From assembly GCA_030265395.1 (NCBI GenBank), contig JARFYF010000118.1, positions 34,794,833 through 34,858,832 of the forward strand: a stretch of DNA of 64,000 nucleotides, in the 5' to 3' direction. This document shows, in pieces, positions 52,900 through 64,000 of the stretch. Made by a program: the position numbers and the translations under genes. Position 1 is the stretch's first letter. The number at the start of each line of letters is the position of its first letter. The stretch is from Rhina ancylostomus. Taxonomy: Eukaryota. The notes beneath the pieces were generated by a model that did not search any database, was not told where the DNA came from, and was given only the letters and a program-made list of their open reading frames with translations.

Positions 52900-53200
52900 C
52901 TGTCAGTTGTTATTGTTTATAGTTTTCTACATATTGGGAAATTATAAACTGAAGACTTGTCCTGGTTCAAATGGATGTTAAAAATCTTGTAGCGCCATGT
53001 CAAGAAGAGTGAAGGGTCCCTTCAGTGACCCTGGTAGCATTTCTCTCAACATAGATATCAGAGCAGATTAATCATGTCTCACTACTATTTGTGGGAATTC
53101 GCATGACACAAAATGTCTCCTTCATCTGCTTCGCCAACATTAGTCAAAATAATTAATTGGCAGAAACTTTCTCAGGATGCCTGCCACAATAGCTTCACTA
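52900..53200 (+). mobile_element. Deu-domain SINE, highly degenerate (similar traces at ~17120-17285, 29420-29720 and 36205-36370)
   Basis: taaactgaag...atggatgttaaaaatc...gccat...gaagag...cagattaatc core traces. Confidence 0.5.
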
Positions 53201-54404
53201 GAAGTTTATTACATATTCCATTTGCAGAAGCAAATCCGGTTCCCTCCAAAGTTTTGAGACACTGAGCAAGTTGGCTTCAGCATTCTGAAACATATGTGAA
53301 GACTAGAATAAGCCGTGATAAGAATGCACATTTCTTTTCTGAATGTAATCTTAACAACAGTTTTGCTTTGAAACATGTTTTCTGCAAAGCCTCTGGATTC
53401 AGACTGTCCCTGTTAATTTGCTGAGTGGGATGTCTCACTCTCCTGATCTCCATTTTCAGTGTCACTCTATGTTTAACCTTGCACAGGTAATGCCGAAAGA
53501 CATTTCCACTCTTCCTTCGCTCTTGGCAACCCAACTGAAACTAGCAAACCTCGTTTGAAAGAAAATCAGTGTGCAAAGACCTATGTGCTGAAAGGCCCAA
53601 CAATTGCCCTGCTTTTAATATAAATTAGTTTTCAATAAACTGAGAGGAACGTGACTTTAAATTTTAAGACTGCATTCAGGACATCAAGAATTCTACAGCT
53701 AACCCTATGAATGATGAATTATGGTGAATGAAATCAATACAGTGATTTGATAACATGAATACATTTTAAAACCTTTCTGTACAGAGAAGTAATAATTGAT
53801 CTATAAAAGAGAAGTCGTGTCATAAAAAGTTATTACAAATATAGTGAACCAACTCAGTCATTCAATCCTGTTCAAAGGAAATTAGTGTTTTCTGAGACAA
53901 CTTTTTTTCTTCTGTTATCTCTCTTTTGAATTTATTAAAATGATGTGGCAGTATCTACAGACATCACACTTAAGAAGACATAAATCTCTAAATCTGCAAA
54001 ACATCTAGACTGCAAAGTAAAAATTGCAACTCTCCTTGGTCATATGGCAATTGCATTCTGACTGCACATTGGCCATGTTTGTTTAACAATAAGTAGACTT
54101 TGGGGACACAGCTCAGACTCAGAGGCAAGAATAATTTAATCATGCATAATATAATCTAATATTGTCATGAAAAAGTACCAGTAAAAATATAGTGTCCAAT
54201 TTAGGAAGAAGTTGGACAGGAAGACACCTATGTATGCAGAATTAGGTCACAGCATGTGGTGCGCTGAATTCCCGCATTAGCCTGCATTTGTATAGTGACT
54301 TTTGACACTGTAAAATATCCCAAGGTGCCTCATTAGAATGTTTCACTTCTTTTGGAAATGCAAATCAAGCAGGTTCTCTTACAGGCATCCAACCAGCAGT
54401 GATA

Positions 54405-54608
54405 AATAGAATATAGAACAGTAAAGCACAGGAACAGGTCCTTCGGCTCACAATGTTGTGCCAAACTAATTAAACTAGTAATTAAATGCCTAATTAAGCT
54501 AATCCCTTCTGCCCACACAATGTCCTTATCCCTCCATTCTTGGCACATCCCCATGTCTATCTAAGAGCCTCTTAAATGCTTCTATCGTATTTGCCTCCAC
54601 TACCACTA
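54405..54608 (-). mobile_element. CR1-type LINE 3' end
   Basis: Reverse-complement match to 56205-56406. Confidence 0.85.
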
Positions 54609-54610
54609 CC

Positions 54611-55986
54611 ATAATAGTCCTTTGCTGGTATGTGCTTGTGTTCCATTCATCTACATTGATGGCACTTGGCTCTACATCCATCCATGTGTGGCCATGCCAT
54701 TGGAACCAGCCACAATTACATTGAACAAAATCTTAGGAGGACTAAAATAATTGTTTTAAGTCTCACCAACTAAAATTTAATTGACAGATTGTACTCGTAG
54801 GAAAACCAATGAGCCATGAAAGGAGATAGAGAGTGTTGACCAAAAATTTGTTGATACAAATGATTTTAAAGAAGGACAGTGAGCTCGAGCAGTTTGGCAA
54901 GGGGAGGTTGAGAGGGTGGGAGTTAGAAAGCTTATAGCCTTCAATGGCTTTCTCAAGATAGTAATATATCACATGATCCCCAAAAATTGTTGTACCCAAA
55001 GAATGGTCGTCATCTAGAATTCAGTGATTTTGAGGGATGTGTCCAAACAGGAATTGGATAGGTACAAGGGGAAATCATTCGCAGGTTTGGGGAAAAGAGT
55101 GGGAGAAAGGAACTGATCTGATTGTTCTAGTCAATGCTGCCACCGACTCAATGAGCTCAACAGTCTCCTGCTGGTCCATAATAATTCCATGATTCGAAAA
55201 AATTACTCTTGCTTCTGAGGCAGGCAGGGCTGATTGGGGCTTCTCACTTCAAGTCCACAGTTTGTAGCCAATGACAAAACACGGCAGGCAAGCAGGCAAA
55301 ACTGATGGAGTGCAATGGTTTCAGAGGCTTGTAGAGTGGAGGATGTTATGGAGACAGAGAGCAGCAAAGCCATTGAAGCAGTTGAAAACAATGATGAGAT
55401 TTTTAAACCTTCTAAGTTCAGGCTACAGTTCCCAATGCAGAGTTGGTTGTATAGAATTAAACATAGTCTACTACTCATAGTATTTTTGTCTGCTCAATAC
55501 AAATTGCGGGGCTGACATCATTTAATTTTACCTTCCTGATTGTTCCCATTGTAACTTCAGCCCCCACACTCCAGCCTCCTGGATTGTACAAGCATTTATT
55601 GTTAATCACCCTGTTCCTCCTCACCTCCATGCTAGAATAGATTTATAATTTACAGTTCGGGAGTAAAACTGGCTTGGCAATTGGCCATCACTATGAAAGC
55701 TAAATTTCACCTTTTTTAAAGAAAAATTGCTTTTTGCTTCCATTTGGAAACATGAACTGAGCGGTTTCTATAAGAGGCAGTCAAGTGGCCACGCAAGATT
55801 TATGTTCAAGTGTCAAGTTGAAAATCTGTAATAATACCTCCTTTCCTGGTGTGAGATTATGTTCTGTCCATCTATATTGATGACACTTGGCTCCACATCT
55901 GTCACCAAGCAGCCACACCACTGAATAAGCCACAATTACACTAAACAAAACAGTGGGAGGATTGAAATAATTAAGTCTCATCAACC
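54611..55986 (+). repeat. Diverged direct duplication of ~155 bp (54611-54770 and 55831-55986)
   Basis: catctacattgatggcacttggctctacatc...agccacaattaca...aagtctcaccaac versus catctatattgatgacacttggctccacatc...agccacaattaca...aagtctcatcaac. Confidence 0.8.
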
Positions 55987-56102
55987 TCTCTCACCAAACT
56001 TTTGGTTACTTTTCCCTTGTACCTCCTTTTCTCAGAATCAATATTTTTTGATTAACCTCTGCACAGTACTTTAGAATGTGTTTTTTTTCTGAGTGTTTTC
56101 TC

Positions 56103-56406
56103 ATACCGGAGGGCACGGACTTAAGGTGAGAGGGGGTGAGTTCAAAGGAGATGTGCAGGGCAAGCTTTTTACAGAGTGGTGGGTACCTGGAATGCACTGC
56201 CAGGAGTGGTAGTGGAGGTAAATATGATAGAGGCATTTAAGAGGCTCTTAGATAGGCACATAGATGTGCAGAGAAAGGTGGGATATAGACGTTGTGTAGA
56301 CAGAAGGGATTAGTTTAATAAGGCATTTAATTACTAGTTTAATTAGTTCAGCACAATATCATGGGCCAAAGTGCCTGTTCCAGTGCTGTACTCTTCTATG
56401 TTCTAT
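56103..56406 (+). mobile_element. CR1-type LINE 3' fragment
   Basis: Similar to 21620-21905. Confidence 0.85.
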
Positions 56407-57001
56407 GAATTCATGTGAATTCAAGTTCTTCTGGAATTGATCAGAAATTGTCATTGAAGTAGCACAAAATAACAAAGCAAAGTGGAAACATTGCTTGAAG
56501 AAATTGTGTTATCAGACTTGGATTATAAACTTTCGGCTAAGTGGAGTGAACTATAATTGCATTTCAAATGTTCTACTTGATGCAATTGTAATGATTACGA
56601 TCAGCAGAAATAATGTGAGACATTACAACCAAACCAAAAGTTAATGAAAACCCAGAATCTGAAATGACCAAACAAGCTGCAAGAAATGTTGAACAGGTTG
56701 ATTTGTCTCTGATAGAGAATGTATAATTACTGTTTTGATAAAGGTCACATCCAAATTATAAACCTATCCCCTTTCAGCTACTCATCAACCCTGTTCTGCA
56801 TTTCTTGCATCATCTGGTTCTATTTCAGAATTGCATTTGCTGCCTATCACTATTATCAGCTACTCCTTTTCAACAAAATGTTAAAAGAATCTGTGCAGAT
56901 GGTCATAATAATGGAGTGACTACATATCAAAAGTGTATCCTGTTTGACAAGTGTATTCTATTTAATAGCACATTTTGTTACTATTTTATGTTTCTCGTTA
57001 G

Positions 57002-57433
57002 GTTCACATGGGAACCCATATGTGGAATAACTCTCCAGCAAGACGAGGACGTCGTTTGTCAGTAGAGAACCCAATGGCTTTACTAGGCGGTGATGCTGTG
57101 AAGTTCTCAGAGATGTTTCAAAAGGACTTGGCAGCTCGGGCAATGAATGTTGACGCAACATTCTGGAACCAATACGCTGCGGCCATCACAAATGGTCTAG
57201 CCATGAAAAATAACGAGATTTCTGTTATACAGAATGGAGGCATCCCTCAGCTCCCTGTTAGCCTGGGGGCCAGCGGTATCCCAGCTTTAACTAGTGTGGC
57301 CAGCGGAATGGACAGGGTTCGTACAGGGAGCAGCCCACCTGTTTCTAGTCTGGAGAAACAAAGCACAGAAGGAGGTGCAAGTCGCCCATTCGCTAGATTT
57401 ATCGAAGATGGCAAAGAAATTGGCATTAACTAA
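57002..57433 (+). CDS. SALL3: SALL3 coding exon 3 ([20 protein letters not shown]...KEIGIN*), completing the last zinc finger
   Basis: Acceptor tttctcgttag|GTT at 57001 (phase 0) joins FTTKGNLK|VHMGTH. It contains the conserved [27 protein letters not shown] block and a SALL3-type C-terminus; TAA at 57431-57433. Confidence 0.96.
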   Translation, partial: VHMGTHMWNNSPARRGRRLSVENPMALLGGDAVKFSEMFQKDLAARAMNVDATFWNQYAAAITNGLAMKNNEISVIQNGGIPQLPVSLGASGIPALTSVASGMDRVRTGSSPPVSSLEKQSTEGGASRPFARFIEDGKEIGIN

Positions 57434-58940
57434 AACATGGCACTCTCAAACACAAGTAACAAATGGACCATTTTACCTTTGGAATCTTGTACTATATTGT
57501 ATACAGTTTTTGGAGCATACCTTCAATAGTTGTTAAGATATGACTTCAACTCCAAATACTCAGTTGTTGTGTTTTTCTTGCTCCTTTACTCATAGCCAGA
57601 ATCACAAAAGTTTCATATTCTGGTTATGGTTTGAGTTGTCTTGCAAGATTTGCATGGTACTACTTGTTTCAATAGTAAATTTTACAGAAAAGTACTTCAA
57701 AATTTTTAGAAAAATTGTACATTCAGAAAATGAATAGGCCCTTGGTTACAATGAATGGACAAACTGTGGATTGGAAACTAGGTTGGGCCAGGGCTCTAAC
57801 TTAGTTCCTTGACAACGGTACTCAGAGTGAATCGCTAAAGGGCCTGGAAAGCATAAGCTGACTGGAGAATGGATGGACAAGTGTGCTAATTGTCTTCACA
57901 TGAAGTAGAAACTTGAAATTATATTTTTTTTCTTTGAAGATATCCTGCTCTGTTTAAAAAAAAAGGTGATTTTTGTGTCCCCAGAGATGTGTTCTATGAA
58001 AAGTGTGCTCATCTGTACTATTTATGATGTCAAGATTATGCGGGTCAGAAATAGTATCCAGTCCCACAGTAAATTTATGTGTTATTTGCATAAATATATG
58101 CAAAGTATATACAAACAGCTACATGTTTCTCAGACAAAAAAAAACTTAAAAGAGTCTGTTAATGACAGCTTTGTTACAACCACATTAATTTAAATTGAAC
58201 CCAGATACTTCGGTGAAGTCTGGAAGTGTCTCTTCTCATCTTTAGGAAGAATATAAGGTTGCAGACATGTAATTTTTATTCCTTTTTTTTCCAAATGCAA
58301 GCGATTGCTATTGTAACCGCTTTCTGGGGGATGGGGGGGTGGTGGGAATGAGAAAAATTAAATGTTTTTGAAGCTGCTATCTAGCCCTTTTAAGTCAGAG
58401 ATGTATTTCAGATAAAAGAGGATAAAGTTTTGTGTGAGGAAGTGAAATCTCCATTAAATGACATTTTAAAACTTTAGTACGTGACTTGCTCTAGATGCAT
58501 TCACTTCCAACTTCAGTTACCATAAAATCCAGTGTATAAGTTGCACCAGTGTACCGGTCACTTTTACACACACGGTCTTTGAAGAGTACTCAAAACTAAA
58601 CATATACACCATATTTTACAGTATTTTTGAGAGAATACGCCCTATTTGATCCTGAAATCATATACAGTAGATGGGATTTTTTTTTAGTCTATTTGTGAAA
58701 TAGAGCATCTCATCACAGGAAACATATTTTCTTCACTTTATTTTAACATTTTTGTGTTAAAACATTACTTTTACAGACCTCATGAAAAAGCTATGTTATT
58801 TCCTACCCCTCCTCCTCCAAACTAACTACAGTGCCTGCTTATTTTGTTTTAAATATTAATATTTAATTGATCAATTGGTACATATTAATTGCGAGCCCAA
58901 CTCAGCACACTAATAAAGGTTATTAGATGGCATGCAATCT
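57434..58940 (+). other. SALL3: Probable SALL3 3' UTR; candidate poly(A) signals ATTAAA ~58357 and ~58453, AATAAA 58912-58917
   Basis: AU-rich, repeat-free sequence after the stop codon; the true end is uncertain. Confidence 0.45.
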
Positions 58941-61900
58941 GAGGAGTAAGGATGTGCCTGGTGCCACTGAACTGCAAATCATTTAAAATGTACATAATAT
59001 GTTATTTTTATTTAAAGACTAGAACCCTTGAAGATTTATTCCAGCCTTTTTAAGTACAATTAACATTTTCCTTTAAAAAAAATTCTGTCCGAGCACTTTT
59101 AATACAGCTCAATTAATTTGAATGGCTTAGAGTCCACATTAAAATGGCATAGACAGGAATTTATGCAAAAGTGTTAATGGGTGTGTTAAAGCTGCAGAAA
59201 GGAAACTGAAACCACCAGAGTCCTATATTGTTTAATTGGTTAGAAATTGGACATTTTATTTGTCCCCTAAAGTAGGTGTCAACATGAAATCTTTTATTGT
59301 TATTTTCTCCTATGAAAAATAACTTTTACATGCTGCAGCTCATGGGAAAGTTACTCTGGATCTGGCAGGCTCTACTTTTATTGTCCTGTTTCCATTGTTT
59401 TCGTAAAACAGATGCCAAGATGTGAGGCGCAAAGAGATTTTCTTTTAGTTCACATGCCAGTATGAATCTGGCTTTGCTCCATTNNNNNNNNNNNNNNNNN
59501 NNNNNGCATTTGTACACTGGAGCACAAGTTTTCTGCCCCATGCTTTTAAGAGTCGCTTATATTTTGCACACTTTGTGGAGCTTTTGACAAATGAGAGAAG
59601 AGCTCATGAAGAAACTTTAAACCACCCTCCCCATCAGCCCAAACTCCCCCTTTGTACATGCCACTATTAACTGCCAGTTAGAGAAGAGAGTCCACTTTAA
59701 ATTCCATTAGCCTTGCTAATTCAGGATTTCCTTCAACTGGAACCCTCACCTTCATTTGGTGACATCCAATTGTAAATGCACATCTGGAACGGTTGCTGTA
59801 AAGCCTGACTGAAGTGCTGTGAAAATCCACATCACATGCATTTGTCCACTTCAAGTGTTGGCAGTAGTTCCCTGCTCTGAGCTACTGCTAAGTTACCAGC
59901 AGCAACCCCTGTTATGGATGTGCCTGTTCTTCCTGAAGTCACTATTAGCCATGTGCACAGAGATGTGAAAGTGAAAGTCGTTACAAACATGTTCTCAACT
60001 CATGGAACAGAGCACATCTTTGGTTATGTACCAATCGATTATTCTGATTGACAAGATGTTCTTCCTAGAGCAAGATGATAATACCGCCCCATCCTTTGTG
60101 AGTCTAAATTTTGTTGCATTACACAACAGAAGGGACAAAATGCAGACCTGGAAGTGAAGCAAAATGAAGTCCAGTGTAGTAACTTTATTTTGTTTCTGAA
60201 GATTCTCTTGAATATTGTTGTAGGTCTGATCTTTGTGCCACTTGACCTTTAGAAGGTTGAAGCTCCTCCTCTGAACAATTTTACTGAATATATCAGCAAG
60301 CAGGAAATCCCATTTTGTACTTCTTCATTAAATTATCAACTGGAGGAATTTCACACCAAACTGAGTTAATTCTGTGATGAAGCTGGGATAAGTTAAATAC
60401 CTTGCACCTTATCATATGGCTGAGATGAGTAAAAGAGGACTCTGACCTTCTTAAACCCAGCAGACTTAAGGTTGAACAAAATTTTCATAATGTAAAGACA
60501 AGTATTACATGTATGATAAGAGGGCCTATCTTATGAATCTGATGAAAGTGTTGTAAACTTTCTTTAATCTTTAAAATGCTGGAAATGCCATTCAACCCAG
60601 CTATTTTTCTCCTTGGCATACTTTGGAAACAAATGGTAAAAGAGTGACACAACAAGTGATCGTTTATTAATGGTACACCATAGTAAGAGTCTTGACAATG
60701 TTTCGAATCTGCATTATGATTATTATTAAGTAAGCTAGCAAATTGGGATGGGTGGAGCTTAATCAAAACTTGAACTAACAGTAACCGTTTCGTGTACAGT
60801 ACTACCTCATTTTTATTTGCATTGGAAGCACGGTGGACGGTAGTGTAAGAACTGCTAATTGTTTGAAACTGCTTTTGAAGAGATATTGCAATATGAATTG
60901 GGCAAAAGACATGGTAATCTCATGGTGGAGTTTGCACAGCAGGTATATTGAATGGATTAAAAGTGGGACAATCTGCTCGTTGAAAAGAAAAATTTAGGAC
61001 TCCTTTAAGGAACATTAAAAAAGAATCACTTTACTGGTTGTTTCTGCCATCTTCTTACAATCAACCAACATGAAGTGTCAAGATCAATTGTAGAAGAGCT
61101 GTTTTGCCCCCTTCTAAAATTGTTGTATTTACTGCAAGGGGATTTGTTCCTACAGTGAGAACAATGTGTCAATCCTGTGGTACTTCCACCTTTTTAGCAC
61201 TAAGTGTGGGTGATTATGGGAACCTTTCAAGAGCATAAATAAAATGAAACAAAACAAGTTGTATGGTGGCTTAACGTTGCTGTATTTTCAGCAGTTGAAT
61301 GTTTTATTTATCTGTGTCATTTTTGGTGTGAAATTTTTGTTATCCAAATGTTAGCATTTGGTACCATGTAGTGTTCTATCCATAAGGATCTGTAACTTAA
61401 GACTTCTAAAGCAATGTAAATAGGGCAGTAGGTAGACAGAACCCTTTTGCATTCAGATGCTGGTTGTTCCTCTCTACATGGTGAAGAGAGACACTATTTT
61501 TATACTGCGATACCATGTGGGGCTGGGAAACCAACCTGAACGACTTGGGAATTGTTACCTATATCCAATATTTTTATTAAACCTTGTTGGCTTGACACAT
61601 CTACTGACTGAAATGGATGTCTTAGTCTAGGTTACTATTTTGTCATATGGAATAAATAAAAAAAATGCAGGATATGATTTGCAAGGTAAAAATGTGTTTT
61701 TTCTTTCCTGACCTGTCAATTTTCAAAGAAAAACGGAATACTGGCAATAGGAGTTTGTGGTTTATGATGCTGTCCTTCTACAGAACCTGTTAATGAGAGT
61801 ATTTAACACTGCAGTATCCTTTTTGAACAGAACTTGATGTAAGTGTTATCTAATTTAAAATAAACTATTAAATGCGAATCATTAATTGACCTGCTGGGGG

Positions 61901-62029
61901 TTAAAATGGGAGCATCTTTCATTGGCTAATTTCTTAATATCTAGTGGAATATTACTTCCAAAATTGAGATGCCATATCTTATTTAATCTTTGTTTATTAC
62001 ATATTTAAAGAATACATAATAAATGGTAG

Positions 62030-62720
62030 GAAACTCTAAAGCATAAAGGAACAGGAGGATCTTGGAATGTATACCATTAATGCCTGAGGTGGCAGGACAG
62101 GTGGAAAAAGTATGGGTGATGCTTGCCATTATTGATTGAGGAATAGATCGAAGGTTGTGCTAGAATTATATAAAGTGCCAGTTAGGCCACAGTTAGAGTG
62201 GACATATAGTCACTGCATAACAGAAAGGATGCAATAACACTGGAGAGGGTGCAAAAGAGATTTGAGAGGATGTTGCCAAAGCTAGTTTATAATTTTTTGG
62301 GGTAATTGGGCAGGTTGGGTTTATGTATGTTGGAACAAAAAGTATAAAGGGGAGATTTAATTGAGGTGCATGAAGTTACAAGAAGCCTACTCAGACTGAA
62401 CAGGAAGATCCATTTCCCTTAGCAGTCAGGTCAATACTGCGGAAGGACTGGAGGAGAATTTTCATCCAAAGAGTGTAAGAGTCTGGAATTCACTGGAGAA
62501 ACAAAGGACTGCAGATGCTGGAATTCATCTAGCATTCACTGCCTGAATGTGTAATGGAGCCAGAAACCCTCGGCACATTTAAAAGACCCCTGATTGAGCA
62601 TCGTAACAACCATTACCTATGATACTAAAGATGAAGAAGACGGGGAGGGGGAGAAAATATAGATTTTTTTTGGCAAGTGGGACATGGACATGATGGGCTT
62701 CATTGCCTCCTTCTGTTTCA
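62030..62720 (+). mobile_element. Old CR1-type LINE fragment
   Basis: gttaggccacagttagag and ctggagagggtgcaaaagagattt (LERVQKRF). Confidence 0.8.
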
Positions 62721-64000
62721 GAAATGTCCAACTTTTCCAATGGGATATTTAGATCAGAGGAAGCAAGGATTAAAATTATCATATCCCTTCCTTCCATAGT
62801 TCACTGATTCTCCTACCAATATTAAATGTATGCTCCATTGCACTGCTGCATATTTCTTTCTTCAGCCTTTGCAATTATCTTAAAGTAACATACAAACTTT
62901 GTAAAATATATGACAAAAGAATTATCAACCTAAATTCCTCATCACTACCAAAATTATACAATCTTATGCAAAATAAAACTCCCTCCTGTAATAATTGCTT
63001 TATAAATTGCACTCAAGCAATAAACGAGGATATCTCTTGTTCCATCATTTACTCTGTCCCCATGAAACTTTGACACTAATTTTTAACGTTAACAATGCTC
63101 TCTGACAATTTTTTAAACAGCATTTAACTATTGAGTGATGTGCCTCAGATACTAAGCTCTGAGTGGAAGAAACAAGAGAGTCTCTTCATTAAAAGAGAAA
63201 TTAAGAGGGTACTTCTACTAGCAAGTTTTCAGGATGAGAATTACATACAACACTGATAACATTATTCCATATTCTAAACCAGTGAGATAAATGGCAGAGA
63301 AAAGAAAAAGTAAGACTTTGTTTTCTCAGCATTGACAAACACCAGGGATAGACCAAATAACTCACTAAAAGTTGTTGCCATTAAGTTTAGGTAACATCAG
63401 TAGGGAAAACATTAGCTATATCTCAGTTCTGTGGTGGGATATGCTAATTGTGTCTTAAACTTAAAACGTGACATCTCCTTTGAAGAAACCACACAGAGCA
63501 TGATTTGCCATTAATTCCATAAAGATACATGTAAGTGCAAACACAGATTTAAATTATAAATCCCTAAAATATACATAAATATTATTTAATATGCATATTG
63601 TTCCACAGACACCAGAATGGGATATCCTTTTTCTTTACAAGTTTTAATACCACACTTTCTGGGAGAATACTATGACTTCAATCATAACACATTGAAACAC
63701 TAAAAAAAACCTTCTATAAATGTGAACAGAAACAAGATAATTTTTGTTAATTTGCACATTTTGTTAATGTGATCGTTTATAAGTATCTGTTTCAAAAGGG
63801 TCAGGGTTAGCAGTGCTGAGCTACAGTGATAAATTCACTGTGCTCCAGACAGGCTGCACCCACCAACACCCAAATATGTCAATTAAACTTTTTGTGTGTG
63901 CAAAGAATCAACCAGATATTTATTTGCTCATGCAGGGGAAGAAAAGTACCTTCACAAGGTGACCTTCAGAGCGTTTGACAGAATTTTCTGCACTGATTAA

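Larger units (their letters stand above)
48430..57001 (+). other. SALL3: SALL3 intron 2 (~8.6 kb)
   Basis: GT...AG, phase 0; interrupts the last zinc finger at the usual SALL-family position. Confidence 0.93.

Noticed and set aside
11992-59505. Short ORFs spanning N runs and other 60-130 aa ORFs in the introns
   Set aside because: They are artefacts of gaps, microsatellites or repeat fragments. No second gene, CRISPR array or prokaryotic-type system is supported.

Overview
Vertebrate genomic DNA, most likely a cartilaginous fish (inferred from the repeat families), in a gapped assembly. The window holds one complete protein-coding gene on the + strand, the spalt-like zinc-finger transcription factor SALL3. 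Its coding exons are 644-719, 44948-48429 and 57002-57433, giving 3990 nt and 1329 aa. Intron 1 is about 44 kb and intron 2 about 8.6 kb. The first ~11 kb of intron 1 and the sequence around the exons lack recognisable transposons and are probably regulatory. The middle of intron 1 is full of nested fossil elements: CR1, Rex1/Babar, L1, tRNA- and Deu-type SINEs, solo LTRs, Penelope-like termini and a two-gene PIF/Harbinger transposon. The most notable observations are an in-frame 216-nt exitron that removes exactly zinc-finger cluster 3, a possible SALL4B-like internal donor, a uORF/overlapping-ORF cassette at the start codon, decayed minimal hammerhead ribozymes and a near full-length Harbinger fossil. 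No clearly new biological system can be shown from sequence alone. Repeat boundaries and family names come from reading by eye and are approximate.
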